A stretch of DNA of 63,925 nucleotides, the filler included, from Reticulomyxa filosa (taxonomy: Eukaryota; Protista; Foraminifera): the NCBI GenBank assembly GCA_000512085.1. It is 18 parts of 18 records of this genome, joined end to end, with 100 filler letters (N's around TTAATTAATTAA, not from the genome) between each part and the next. Parts side by side here need not be neighbours in the genome. Positions count along the whole stretch, not along the records: positions 38,616 to 41,747 come from ASPP01008859.1; positions 41,848 to 46,529 come from ASPP01009048.1; positions 46,630 to 52,413 come from ASPP01006189.1; positions 52,514 to 61,049 come from ASPP01015016.1; 14 more parts are not named here. One strand, written 5' to 3'. Under the pieces are notes generated by a model. The model was not told the origin of the DNA. It was given only the letters and a program-made list of their open reading frames with translations, and did not search any database. Shown here piece after piece: positions 39,190 through 52,642 of the stretch. Position 1 is the first letter of the stretch. Each line of letters opens with the position of its first letter. The translations under genes were made by a program, and so were the position numbers.

Positions 39190-39760
39190 CTCAATTTGTT
39201 ACATATTTAAAGTTATCCAGTTTTGCTGCTCTTTTAATCACCGCTTTTGACAGTCCCTCATTACATGTTGCCATTGTTCATCTTATACGCGTTATGAAAA
39301 TATGCAAAGAAAGATACCAGTTTCATAAGGGTGAAAAAGAAATTTAAAATTCGTTTATATATTTAATAAAAATATGACGTTTTTATCTTCTATGCAAAAT
39401 AAAGGTTGCTTGAATTTTTTAATCATATGCATCTTTATTCGCTAGTTTTATTGTATACAATGCCAGCCCAGGTTTACAAAAACTCAACTTTCATTGTCAA
39501 TCTCAATCCTCACTTAAAGACTCTATTTGCCCTTGCCACTCTACAAAAGAACTAAATGAAACGTAAAAAAAATAGAAAGTTGCCTCCGGCAACGTAATTT
39601 ATAATCGAAAGCTAAAAAGACACCCTAAAACGAGCCCTACGAACGCACACGAATAAAAATAAAAATTTTGATAGGGAATCTTTTTTAGTTGTTAATTGTG
39701 GTTCTTGAAAGATTTTCCGATATAATTTTGTCTTTTTCGATAAGATGTGATACTAATAGC
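39190..39760 (-). mobile_element. Highly decayed tyrosine recombinase remnant (DIRS/Ngaro/Crypton-like)
   Basis: Ordered fragments across frames: LVLGCLFSFR (catalytic R), QPLFCIED, YFH../RI(R*)TMA..GLSKAVIKRAA(NW)..KYV, resembling the H-S-x-R-I-G-G..W..Y signature. Confidence 0.5.
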
Positions 39761-40424
39761 AAAAATTTTTTACGTATGCATCCAATTTTATTGGGGAATT
39801 AAGCGCTTTTTAAAACACAAATTCTGTTTGATAATACCGAAATTAAGGTTGTGTAATTGATATCTTTGGCATCTAGATTTGAATTTTTTGTGACAATGTA
39901 AATCGCAGTAATATTCCTTTTTAGAGTGAAATGTTCATATAGTGAAAGGATAAAAAAATTTTTGAGAAACACAAGAATTTTTTGTGCACGAAGTAGTGCT
40001 CCAACACATGCTTGGCTGTCAATTGCAATTGGTTCATTTCTTTTTGTTACTTAATGTTTGGGCAAAAGCAAACAGCAATAATTAAAGGTGTTTGTTTCAT
40101 CCCGTTACTGTATAATCTCATAGAGTTTAGGCGCTAAATTTTTTAAGCCAAAAAAGTCAGAAAAATTATCTTACCTTTTATTATTGGAAAGAGAAAAAAA
40201 AAGTACGAGTGCAATGATCCGCTTTTTGTGGTTTGCTGAACATTTTTGGACTTGTGCTCACAGTCAACAAATTTTAAAAAGTTATGTTTCACTCTCGTTC
40301 ATTCACTCCTTGTTTGTGTTAAATTTTCAGCACGAGAGAAATTTTTTTCGAGTTATATTTGGAGGAAGATCAGGCTTTTTAACATCAAAAAATCAATGTA
40401 GAAATTGCCCCCCTAAAAAAAAAT

Positions 40425-41289
40425 CTAAATCTCAAAAAAATGATGCCCACGTTTTCCAGTGGAGTGAGTTGAGATGCTCTCATATCCTTTCATTCGTAAA
40501 AACCAATAAGCGTAAACAGACGCCTTGTAACAACTAAAGACAGCAAGTATCAACAAGGCGATAGCGAGAGCAACCCACAACATTATGGAGAGGACACTAT
40601 CGTTGAACGTGTGTTTTCTACGTGGCTGACTATTGACACTCGCCAATTGTTGCGCAGGGGTGGACACAACTACAGTGTCTGTCGCCGTGATGTTCAAAAT
40701 TGAGTCAACCGTCTCCATGATTGGTAATTTTCCTATGGAGCTGGATTTATTCTTTTCCATTATGAAACAAAAAAATCAACCAATAAAAAAATATTTTATT
40801 TAAAAAAAAGGGGGCGGAAAATGTAAGATTAATAATGAACGAAAGAAAACAAAGGGGAAGAAGAAAAGTTCTTTTTTTGTTAACTGGGAATAAAAGGTTA
40901 TAGTAATCATCCCAACTCTGCGCATTGTTCCCGTTTAGGTCATTTATACATTGAGAAAATGCTGGCTCTTTAAGTTGTTGCGATTTATCCGAGTTTTTGG
41001 TTAGACAATAACATAGTATTACGTTCTCTTTATCGGGACCGGAGTTTAAATTGTTGTCGTAACCATTGTCTGAAGGCTGCCACAGTTTCGCTAACTGCTG
41101 TTCCCAATACGTCCCTTGAGTTATGTCGTTCGCTGGAGCTGTTGTGTTTTTCACGTCACAGTTGCTCATATATCCTTGTGCTTGGCCTGACCAAGTTTCA
41201 TGCAACGGTAAGTTAATGCCTGACGACGATACACATATTAAAACAGATGTGGCTAAAAAAAGAAAAGTGAATATATTCTTATAAAACAT
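40425..41289 (-). CDS. Type-I membrane glycoprotein of unknown family, 2 exons
   Basis: Signal peptide, 4-Cys ectodomain, S/T stalk, TM helix VLSIMLWVALAIALLILAVFS, and a cytosolic YESI (YxxPhi) motif. Intron about 40884-40752. Confidence 0.7.
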
Positions 41290-41847
41290 GTTCTACTTTC
41301 TTGGCTATTCTTATCTAAACCCCTTTCAGTTCAACCGAACCAAGACAGCTATCTTTTCTAATTCAATTTTGTCATTAGATAACGCTGAAATAACTATGAT
41401 TTTGGAAATTCTTTTTTCTTTAATGTTTAATTAAATTCAAGTCAACTTATTTCGACTTGTTTGCTAATTTATATTTTTAAAATTTGTCTGCATTTTAGCG
41501 TTTTTTCTTCTAACTTTTTTTATGATAAAAAACGTCGTTTTTTCATATTTTCAGCATTTTGCAGAAAATAGTGATACCTAACATTTGCATACAAATTGTA
41601 ATTATTTTTTATTTTCGGTTCAGACTAATTTTATTTTTCTAAATCTTCTTTAAGTTTCTATGAATTAGAAAGTTAAAAAGTGATATTTGTTTGAACGGAG
41701 TATTATTGTGGGTTTTCTGCTGCTGAAAGAGGTGCGCAAACTGTAATNNNNNNNNNNNNNNNNNNNNNNNNNNNNNNNNNNNNNNNNNNNNTTAATTAAT
41801 TAANNNNNNNNNNNNNNNNNNNNNNNNNNNNNNNNNNNNNNNNNNNN

Positions 41848-43450
41848 CGCAATAGAATTGAATGTCTGCTCTTGTTGTTGTTGTTGTTGCTGTTGATGAT
41901 GATCGATAGCATGGTCAGGTGAGTGCGGATCATGAACAGGACGATCAATACTAAAGTGACGACGACGCAACGGATTCAATTGGAAATCCAACTGCTGTGA
42001 AATGCGGCGCTTTCGAAAGGCATTGGACTCGACGGTCTGCGGGTCGACAAAGATACCCTTCTTTTGGATCTCTTGCTTCGAAGGCCGGCTCGACATGAGC
42101 TTGCCCACCGTCAACGACGCTCTTCGCAACTTCAGCTCATACGATCGTTGCCACACTTCATGATCCACGCGCGTGTCTGGACGTGCATACAATATCCCAC
42201 GAGATATTGTCTCACGTATACTCGGACGCTGTTTCATCTTCCTCTCCAAACGTTCTTTCAATCCTTCTTTCTCATTCATATTCATATTCGTACTCGTATT
42301 CGTATTCGTATTCGTATTCGTATTGGTTTGCAATTGCTGTTGCAATTGCTCAATTTCGTAATCTCGGTCCAATAACAGCTGCTGCATTTCTTCCAATGTT
42401 TCATTTTGAATGCTTTGCTCGATTAGTGCTACAGATGCGCTCCGTCTTTCACTCTTCTTTGTCTTCCTTCCTGTCACCGTTTGCTCCCATAACTCCGCCT
42501 TTATCTTATTCGCTTCACACTCAAGCCTCTCATTTTCCAACGCCTTCTTTACTTTCTTCAACTCTTTTTTTTTTTTTTTTTTATGTGTATGTATTTGGCT
42601 GCTTTTGTTTGCAGACCCAATTTAATGCCTAAAAAAAATACCAAGCTCGAGCTCTTTTGTCCGTTTTATTGCAGAAGTGTTCTGCTGTCGTTGGTGTACT
42701 AGCGCTTCCCGTAATATCGTGTTGTCTTCCTTTTTTTTTTGTAATATTTATGATTATGTTTTTTTAGGGGAAAGGGCTTTGCTTTTGAAAGCACAAAATC
42801 AAACCTCTTCAGTCAGGTGTGTCGATACTGGGCTTCCATATTGCTCTTCTAATTCTAATGTCGACATGGTGTATTTTTTAGTGAGCTTTTCGAAGTTCGG
42901 GAATGTACCTGTACTCAGGTTCAACTGACACTAAAAACAAATTCGGGAAACATTGATATTTGATTGGCGAGAGCATTGCAAGAAAGTGAAAAATACAAAA
43001 CATTATTCTATGTAATTTTGGCAACGAATTACAACAATTAAAGGATACAATCAAAAATCGATAAAACAAAAAATAAATTTACGGTCGTTCTAAAAAAAAA
43101 AAAGCTTAAGCTGGCTGATATTTTATGTCACTTTTTCATTGTCGCTTTGTTTCAGGTCTTCTACATTGGCCAGTTCACCACGACAGTGACGGCAACATTG
43201 TGGTGGACGGAAACGGCAAGAGGTTGTCACACAGACACTAAACCACATTGTTTGTGAGGCCACTTTCTGCAATTGCAATTTCTCTTTACTGCTCTTCATA
43301 TTTTTCCAATGGTCCTTAATGAGTCACTTGTCATTTTCCAACAGAACACCAGCCGTTCTGTCTCCGCTTCAATTACTTTTGTTGCCATGCCTCAAAACTT
43401 TCCAAATGTTGTCTCTCCAATCTAATTAGTGTTCTTGTTGAGTTAAAAAA
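41848..43450 (-). CDS. RPEL-repeat (G-actin-binding) coiled-coil protein, spliced, 3'-partial; 5' exons uncertain
   Basis: LERKMKQRPSIRETISRGIL and VGKLMSSRPSKQEIQKKGIF. Upstream exons LNLSTG..LTEE and EDNTILREAL..ELEL splice in frame. Confidence 0.75.
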
Positions 43451-45479
43451 AAGCAAATGTCTTGTGTTTGGATACAATAAAAAAGAGGAGGACACCTTGT
43501 CTAGTTAAAATTCAAGAGCTTGACAAGCAAAAAATTCATACCTTTTCAAAGTTTTGTAGCGACAACGAAGTTTATATAATATTTTTTGCATTTTGTTGCA
43601 TTTCAAACAAAATATCGCCTTTGTAAAAAATTTTACAATGAAATAACAGAGATTCTTCAGAAAAACAATGAAATCATCTCATTGAAAGTGCCAAAAGAAA
43701 ATTGACTTATTTCTGTGAGACAAAAAGTTGAACTGAACGCATTCTTCCCTTTTCCCGAAGCGTTCGTTTGTCGTTCGAGTCCAGTGTCGATGGTGGCAAG
43801 ATTACAGTGATATCGACGTCCATTTCGTTCGAAGCAAGTTAAACCAGCACTTTTTTTTGGTTTTTTAACTTTGAAATTTTGGAGATATGAAAACTCACTC
43901 AAATGAAATAGATAGTGGACGATCCTTAGTAGATATAGAGTAGCGGAGTCGTGATCGTGGCGTCGAGTCTTAATTAGTCGTGATTGTTGTGGACGTCAAG
44001 ATTGTGTGGATATTGAGATTCAGATGGGTATTTGGTGGAATTTTGGTGGTGGATTTCTAGTTGTGGATTTCTGGTGGTGGATTTCCTGTAAAAAGGAGCC
44101 AGATCAGCCATCAGCGCAATAATGCGCTAACAACAATTGCGATGATTGCGATGCATCATCGCAAACAGCGTGCACGGGCGCGTCGGTGGATTGCAGCAAA
44201 CCACGGCCACTTACAAAAAGGTTTGCTTTAGAAGCATCAACGACAAGTCATAGCTTGCAGGACTAGTATGGCAGTGTCCGTCTGATGATGGACATTACAA
44301 TAACGTCTCCCCCCTTGGTGTTACCAGCTAGTATAGCTGTGTCAACAGATGGAAGAGAGACTACATGATATTCAATGCGCCCATTATCGGCTGATGACGG
44401 TCGTTATGCGAAATTACTCCGTATTTCCAAGTTATTTCTATGCAATTAATATTTGTGTTCGCCATATACTAAATTGCTTGTCTTTTTTTTTTTGTGAATA
44501 AGTCAGTATGGAGTCGTCGATGGATATAATGGAATCGATTGGTGGGGATTCCAGGATTGCTCCTGTTATCCTTTTTTTGTTTTTGTTTTTAAATTGTTTT
44601 TCCCCTTTTATCCCTTTTGCACGTATCCCTTTTGTGCGTGTCCCTCTTGCGTTTTTACCATCCCCTATCATTTGCACTTTTTTCCTTATTGTTTTGTCTT
44701 TGTTTTAATGTGATCCCTTTTTATTTGTGCGATTTTTTTCATGAGAAATTTATAGATAGAGGTAGGGAGAGATAAAGAGAGATAGGGATAGATCACATTG
44801 TATTTGTTTGTACGTGTGTGCTTTCAATTACCTTTTTTTTTTTTAAATGCATTTGTTTTGACTTTTTTTTTATTATTGTTATCGCTAATGGAATATGGTT
44901 ATTCCTATGTGGTTATGGTAATTCCTGTGTGGTTATGGTTATTGCTGCGGATGCTATTGTTCCTGTGCTGTATTTGAAAAATGTGGCTCCTCCTCCAAAG
45001 TCAATGTGTTGTCGCACGCATTAGACCACTATTTGATGCCTTGGTGCATCACACGGGTCGTCGATGCCATCTGGTCCTGCAAGAGATAAAGTCCACTGAT
45101 GTGGACAAGTACGAAGATGACGACTCCGATTGTCGCACAATATCTATGGACAGCCATGTGGCTTGTGTCATTAGATATTGACGCGCGTTTGGGATGCATT
45201 GCATCCCGACAAAGTGGTCTGCAATCATTGGAAAAGAGGATGTAACGAGCAAGCACATGATTGTGTCGTTGCTTGATTATAATCCTTACGACAAGTGGCC
45301 ATGCAACACCGGAGGAATAACGGCCGTCATAAGTGCAATTCTTCGCTTTCCCAAGTTTAGTTTGTCTTTGCCATTTTTATTGTGTACGCATTTTTGTTAT
45401 CACATGAATCATACTTGCAATCTTTTGTACATTTGGAATAGTTGTGATTAGTTGCGGTATTATCAAGATTCCTGTATTA

Positions 45480-45735
45480 TCATTAATGGTATTTATTGTT
45501 ATTCTTTTGTTTTTCTTTAAATTTAATTATTTTAGTTAATTAATTTTTATTTTAAATAATAATTTTAATAGTATTAATATTTTTAATAATATTAATAATA
45601 TCAATATGTTAATTTTGATAATTTTAATATAATTGATAATATTAATAATATTAATATGTTAATAATGTTAAAATATTATAATTTTGTTATATTAATAATT
45701 TTAATATTTTAATTATTTAATTATTTTAATTTGAA
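45480..45735. repeat. Extremely AT-rich degenerate (AATATTAAT)n low-complexity tract
   Basis: Seen directly. Confidence 0.8.
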
Positions 45736-46936
45736 TGACTACCTTTCTCTTTATCATATTCGGCATTCTTCTCTTCATATAAATTGCAGAAATAAATGCA
45801 CTTTTTGAGATTGCAGTTATAAGTCCAATTCAAATATCACATATGTTATTATTGTTTTTCTCCATATTACACGCGTGGATCAATCATATACAAACACCAT
45901 GTTGATGGTTACATTTGTGCAGTAGAGTATTCAAATATTGCTATTATGATCAAAATCAAAGAAATACTTCAATCATCACCTTGTCTTTGAAAAATGTCAC
46001 TTAAAATATGAAAAAAAATATACAACCATCACATATGCCTACCAAATTTCAAACATGGACTTCAAAAAAAAAAAAAAAAACCATTTACATGCAATCACGT
46101 ATACTCGCATATTATACGTATACTGTACGTGTAATATATCCACAGCGTAAAGGAGATGCATATGTTCAATTTCAAGCGGATTTGTTTAATTAATCGGCGT
46201 TTATCATTATTACTCAATTTTCTGCTTTTGATATCCACTAACCCACTGTTCAGTCCATTTTATAAGCATAGTGGAAATACGTGCTGCATTTATTTTTCGA
46301 TTTTTATTTTTTAAAATCTTTCGCTTTGTTATATTCGGAGCTCTTCAATCTAAAACTAAATATCTTTCTTCGAATATGTACATAAGGCCAACAAAGACTT
46401 ACATTGAATACCTGTGTTACAGTAAATTCACCGTGATGATTTACTCCTTTTTTAACATTTGCTTTTTTTAAAAAAAGAATGTGCGATGTTATTTGTTTTA
46501 ATGAAATACCTATTGAAGCCCCTTTATGANNNNNNNNNNNNNNNNNNNNNNNNNNNNNNNNNNNNNNNNNNNNTTAATTAATTAANNNNNNNNNNNNNNN
46601 NNNNNNNNNNNNNNNNNNNNNNNNNNNNNTTTTTTTTTTTTCGATATAAAAGCTTGCACAAGAAAGCATCAAACATAAATATTGGATCGCACAAACAAAC
46701 AAAAGCACAAAACACAAAAAAATAAAATGTTTTGAATTATGCACAATAACTCGGAATTGGTCCACCCATGCATGCACTTACAAACAATAACCAAAAAAAG
46801 ATCCGCAAAAATACCAATATTTTTTGAATATGCAAAATTGGAGGGAGGAAAAAAAAACAAGCAAAAAAGTGGAGCCAGGCTCTACAACTAATCTATTCAC
46901 TCGTTTTTTTTTTTTTTTTTTTTTTGCAATAAAATG

Positions 46937-47926
46937 TCATTTGACATCTTTTTCTTTGTTGGAAGTCAATTCGCCTTTGTTAAATTTGACGTACTGTCGA
47001 TAAGATTCCGTTTGCCTGAAGCGGTTGAAGGAGTCACGCATTAAGTAGTGAATTTGATCTAACAACCGATGTAAAATCGAGAGCAAGGCATCAAAGAGTG
47101 GGCCAGAATCCGCTTTGTCATTGAGAAAGAGACAAAGTTTGTCCAAAAAGTTTTTTTTGATGGCGGCTTGTAAGTTTAGTTCAAATGGGCCGTCTTTAAC
47201 AATGTATTTTTCATTTAGCATTTGAAGTTTTCGTTTAATTGGTAATGACTCGTCAAATACGATTTTTGATTTTGGCAATAAGCTACATGTTTCGTAGCGA
47301 TCGGTATGTTTTTCATTGTATTTGTTGTAAAACTGACTTAATTCCAAGTATCCTAACAAGAGTTCCGGTGAGAATTCTATTATATATAAATATATACGTA
47401 TACATATATATATATATATGTATATGTATATAGTATAAATATATGTACATGTATATATATGTATATATAATATAGAATATAAAATTAGAACCGAAAAATA
47501 AATGCTCCATAAACAAATTAAAACCAATTTTATCTCGAAGTAAGAAAGTCAAGTTGTATTTTTGCGTGGCCTCGGCTCGAACATTACGCGAAGACTTTCC
47601 CTTCAATATGATGACGGTGTTGTCGTTGATGCTTGGGACATTTCTTTTGTTTTGGGAGGGCCACCCTTTTTCGCTGTCCTGAGCGTCGTCTGGCGTCGCC
47701 GTGGTGGTGGTGGTCGCCGTGGCGATCATGATCGCACCTGTGGTCGCAATCGTGGTTATGTCAGCGGCCTCGGTGATCGCAGTCTCGCTACCACCGCTGG
47801 TAAACATGGTATTGATATCGGGGGGAGGATATTGCGGCGGGAGAGTTGGTTTGAGCAGAAGTGTAGCCATTGTCAGTGTCTGGATTGCTTTCTTGACGAG
47901 TGAGACCAAGTGTATGTTTTTGATTA

Positions 47927-47973
<47 letters not shown>

Positions 47974-48622
47974 GTCATTGTTATTATTAGATAAGATTTC
48001 ATGATTGTTAACATTGAGTTGATGCGACTGAAACAAATGATGATGAACAGGCGCGAATTCGACGGCGGTGGTGGTGGTAGCGGTGGTGGTCATGTCGTCT
48101 CCATTTTCACTATTATTGCGACTATTGTTGTGACTATTGTTATTGTTGGCTTGAGATAAATGCGTGTCTAACTGGTCCAAGTAGTTGCGATTTAAGAACA
48201 GTACATATTCGGTCAACGTAGCGCCGTAACACCAAAACAGACAAGCGACGACAATCGACTCCACCGAGTGCGTGATGAAGGTGGTCACACTCGTAAACTG
48301 AATCGACACTTGTAACACCAACGCCAATCCCAGCCAAATTGTCAGCGTCACCGATATCACTCCCAACATTTTCATCTCCGTTCGCAAGTGAAACACATCA
48401 CGATACGTCGGCAGTCGTCGGTATAAACACTTGCACATATTATCTTACTTACATATAGCCACAGGTCAAATGCCCTTGCAATTGTTAGTGATTCGTTTGA
48501 CGTTCCAATAAATGCTAGCAATCTTTTTATTTTTTAAATTTATAATAAGTATACGTTGTTTCATTATATCTTCAAATGTTATTGTTATTAAAAAAAAAAA
48601 GTTTGACAGTGTGTCCCCCCCC

Positions 48623-48654
<32 letters not shown>

Positions 48655-49421
48655 TTTCCGTTTTTTTTTTTTTTTAATATCTCCCCCTCCTTTTGAACAA
48701 AACATCGTAATGGAACTTTCCACCACACAGAATGGCAGAACGATCCGATAAAACAAATATCGCAAATTGCCTAGTGTCGATCGATACATAATGACCCACG
48801 GACGGGATGCAATGGTTGGGTCAATGAAATACTTCCACTCTTCGCGGATTGCGTGCACTGCCCATTGGATGTTGAAAAAGCCGATATAAAAACGCAGCAA
48901 CAGCAACGATATACACGGGTGAAACGATATCCCATACAACACGTGGTTTATCCCTGACCACACCGTATGCGCTTCCTTTGATACGCCCCATCGCAACTGC
49001 ACCAATACTAATCCTTTCTGTTTTTATTATATAAACATATACATATATATGTATACATGTGTATGTGTATATATGTATGTACATATACATATACACATAT
49101 ATATATATATATATGTATATATAATTTTATTTATTTATTTATTATATTTATATGTATACGTACATCTATATACATATTCCATATTCATTCATATGTATAT
49201 GATATACACCCCCATTTTGTATCCCTTTAACAACCACAAAAATTACTCACTTGAATCGTGAGAATGACTACTAGCACGATAATCAGCAATGAAAGGAGCG
49301 GACATCTCGCTTGAATTGGAAACGAATGACGGTATTTCAGAAATGAGATGGCAAACCGTATCGTCGAGACTACTAGCAGCCATAGCACGCATATTTCCAC
49401 TACCGCAATTATTTGCTTCAT
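46937..49421 (-). CDS. 7TM-RGS protein (receptor-like membrane domain fused to a regulator of G-protein signalling domain), spliced
   Basis: TM region with FPIQARCPLL, LLLLRFY and YRDVFHLRTEMK; RGS domain LLRDKIGFNLFMEHL..EFSPELLLGYLELSQF..KYIVKDGPFELNL..LMRDSFNRF. Confidence 0.88.
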
Positions 49422-49890
49422 ACTGGTCGATATCACCAAAATTAGTTTGCAATTATTTCAGCTTTGGCAAATATTGAAGCACTAGAAACATTCAATATAT
49501 GACGATTTTAGAGTTAGTTCCAACTATTCTCGCTCATTCCTGTCCCTTTTCTCCTTCCCACTGTTGTTCTGTTTTGCTAATGAGCATGCTGTAAAAGTAA
49601 GAATTCTCTCAGTTTGTTTTGCTTTTGGTTTGAAAAATGATGGCATAAGAGTGTCGAATATGTAACAAAGTATCTTATACAAAAGCCCTAGTCTGGGAAT
49701 TTGAAGAAAGGGAAAAGATTTGAATGATGACAACATAGTGTATATGAAGGGGGGAAAAAAAAGGGGTGGGCATGACGAATGGTGATAACATGTTTCAGAG
49801 TTGGGTTGGTCCTCCCTCAATAAGCAAAGGAACTTTCAAAAGGGTACATTGCATGTCACAACTAATTAAAAGCAAAAAAAAAAAAAATGA

Positions 49891-50723
49891 CTAAGTTCTA
49901 TGAGGTCGCAATATAGAAAGAGCTTGTTGCAGATTTTCAACAACCGCATTGACATCATCAAATTTCAATGCGGAGAAAGCTTGTTTCACAATTTTTTCAG
50001 CTTCAGCACACGCAATGACTTTGCTTTCAAACTTCTTGAAAGTGGGACTGTGTTGAAGCAATAAAAAGCCACACACGCACATACACCAATGATGTTTTCA
50101 AAGGGGAAAAAAAAAATTGTGATATTATATATATATAATATCACAATGGCACCAAAAAAAAAAAAAAAAAAAGAAAAAAGTAAAACTTGTTGATATCGCC
50201 ATAATGGGAAGTTGGTTGGTTGTGCGATTGAGAAGTTTTTTTTGAGTGGTTGACGAAGAAGAGGAGCGTGATTCGGGGTTGCCATAATAAGGATTATGAG
50301 GAGGGGGATAAAACATATTGGTGTTGAAGTTGGGATCAAAAGTGGACGTGTCTGCTTTGGGAGGGTTAGTAGTGTTGTTGTCATTGTTGTCATTGTTATC
50401 ATTGTTATCATTGTTATTGTTGTTGTTGTTGTTGTCATCGTATGTGGCAAAGTTGGACGGACGATCATAGTTGTTGGAACTGGGGATGTCATCTTTGGTA
50501 TCGCTTGCGTTGAAAGCAGGTTCATCCGATGTCAGGCCATTGTTCTTTTCTGTGGGCTCCTCCTCGTCACCACCACCGATTTTCTTCAGCTCGTTCTCCA
50601 ATTCCGCGTCAGCCTCGGCGTCTCCCGGCGGGCCCGGGTCGGGGCGACGACCTTCACGCAAGGCTTTCAATATGTCTGTCGTTTTGTACAGGCAATACTT
50701 ACTTCGATTCGTTATCTATTTAT

Positions 50724-50754
<31 letters not shown>

Positions 50755-51417
50755 GTATATATGTTTGTGTATCAATAATACCAAATAATAATTTATTTAT
50801 AACTTTATCTTTTTTTAAAAAAAATAAAATAAAATTTATTTTAATTTGATTTGATTTGTTTTGTTTTATTGCTCAACATCTTCGCTTCGCTCTCCAAACT
50901 GCTTTAGTATTTCATACAATACGAAACAAGTGTTAAATGCTGCTGCTGTCGCTTTGTTGGCGTTGCCGCTTCGATCGACTTTATCTGCGTTTGCAAATAT
51001 GCTGTCTGCAAATCCTGTTACCTCGCTTTTTCCTTCTTCTGCTGTCACTGACACTTTCATTTTCTCCAATTGCGTCATTTGGCTTCCTAGCCATTGCTTT
51101 ACTGATGCGTCTCGCTGTTCTCGTGGCAGTTTCATTGCTTCTTGAATTGCATGCATTCGACCTTTATTGACAATTGTTTTTGTTTTCTTTTCTTTTCTTT
51201 CTTTTGTTTTTTTTTTTTAATGCTTTTTGTGTTGTCCCCCCCCCCCTTTTTCTTTCTTCATCCCCTTGACTTTTTTTTTTTGCTCCTACCAAACAGTAAA
51301 CACGTTTTAGTCTTAACAGTAGTATGCCACTACTGGTTTGATTTTCTCCAATTTTTTCGCTTCACGCATGAAGCGTTTCATGTTTTTCAATTGCGGTGGT
51401 AAATCTTCTGAAGACAT
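49891..51417 (-). CDS. VTA1: Vta1/LIP5 (Vps4 activator, ESCRT pathway), 4 exons
   Basis: PVVAYYC|RMHAI; FANADKVDRSG; KYCLYKTTDILKALREGRRPDPG; VSL domain AEKIVKQAFSALKFDDVNAVVENLQQALSIL. Confidence 0.93.
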
Positions 51418-51679
51418 TTTACTTCAATTATTCACCTTTTTTTTTTTTGTGGCTGATTCACAAGGGCCTTTTTTTGGTCTCTTTTCAAACGCAGAACTTG
51501 AGATTTTTAAAAAAATGATCACTTATACTTTTGTTTTTTAATCAAACTCTGTCATTAAAAAAAAAGTAATAATTTTTTAAAATGCTGATTTTTAATTGTT
51601 TGATTGAGAAAATTCTGATGATGCAAGGAAGAGATAAAAGTATTATCGCGGTAGTATTTATTTGAGAAGGAAAATATTG

Positions 51680-52349
51680 TTACAATTTGGAGGTAGTTGT
51701 GCGATAATCATACAAACGTTTACAATTGGTGATAAACTCAAAAGGCTTGTTTTTACCAAAGTTGATGATGATCCTTTGAATGGAATCTTCTGGTTTTTCA
51801 TTGACCACTTTGATTTCTTTTCCCAAATCGAATTGATGATACAAGTGATCTTTATGGAGTAACCCAAGCGCTTTGCCACTATCCATCTGAAACAGCACAT
51901 TACACCCCCCCCAAAAAAAAAAGAAAATTCTATCTTTCCAAAAAAAAAAAAAAAGTCGATACTCAACATCCAAACAAAATTTGGGAAGGAGGGGAACAAC
52001 GCATCGATTGAGCGGAGCATTTTTCCATTCGGACAGCAGTTGCCCGTCTCGGATCATCTGTTGCAACTCATGGATCATGATGTACGTCGGCGGCGGAACA
52101 GTGATTTTTTTGACGTCGAGTTTAGTGGACGGTGCAACGGTCGCATGGACTTGAATGTTGTGATCGTCCAAGAGGTCATTCGGAGAATGCCAGCCAATCT
52201 TCTCAATCTCTTGGGTCCCTTTTGCACTTTGTTGACTGAGGAATTGAGACAGCGCGTCCATGTCAATGTTGTTATTCGCCTCTGATTCATCTGCCAGCAC
52301 TAAGTAAAAGTGTGTATCATAACGACGTTTGCCAAGATATGGTGTTTGG
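51680..52349 (-). CDS. NUDT19-like Nudix hydrolase (acyl-CoA diphosphatase), C-terminal part
   Basis: TPYLGKRRYDTHFY; EIEKIGWHSP; ITVPPPTYIMIHEL; LLHKDHLY. One intron at about 51970-51887. Confidence 0.7.
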
Positions 52350-52513
52350 CTATTGCAAATTGGATAATGTTAACATTAACAACAACAAAATAATAATAAT
52401 AATAATAATAACANNNNNNNNNNNNNNNNNNNNNNNNNNNNNNNNNNNNNNNNNNNNTTAATTAATTAANNNNNNNNNNNNNNNNNNNNNNNNNNNNNNN
52501 NNNNNNNNNNNNN

Positions 52514-52611
52514 CACAACATATATGTATATATGATATTGTGTTATATAAATAATCCTTTTCATATCATTAAAAGAAGTGTAATTGCATATATCTCAATA
52601 CAACAAAAAAA

Positions 52612-52642
<31 letters not shown>

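Noticed and set aside
1005-50245. Programmed ribosomal frameshifting at A-runs (ABCD ~1010, GH2 ~11930, NIPA ~14885, Vta1 ~50240)
   Set aside because: All of these are at homopolymers and one is in the bacterial contig, which is typical of sequencing indel errors. Raw reads would decide.
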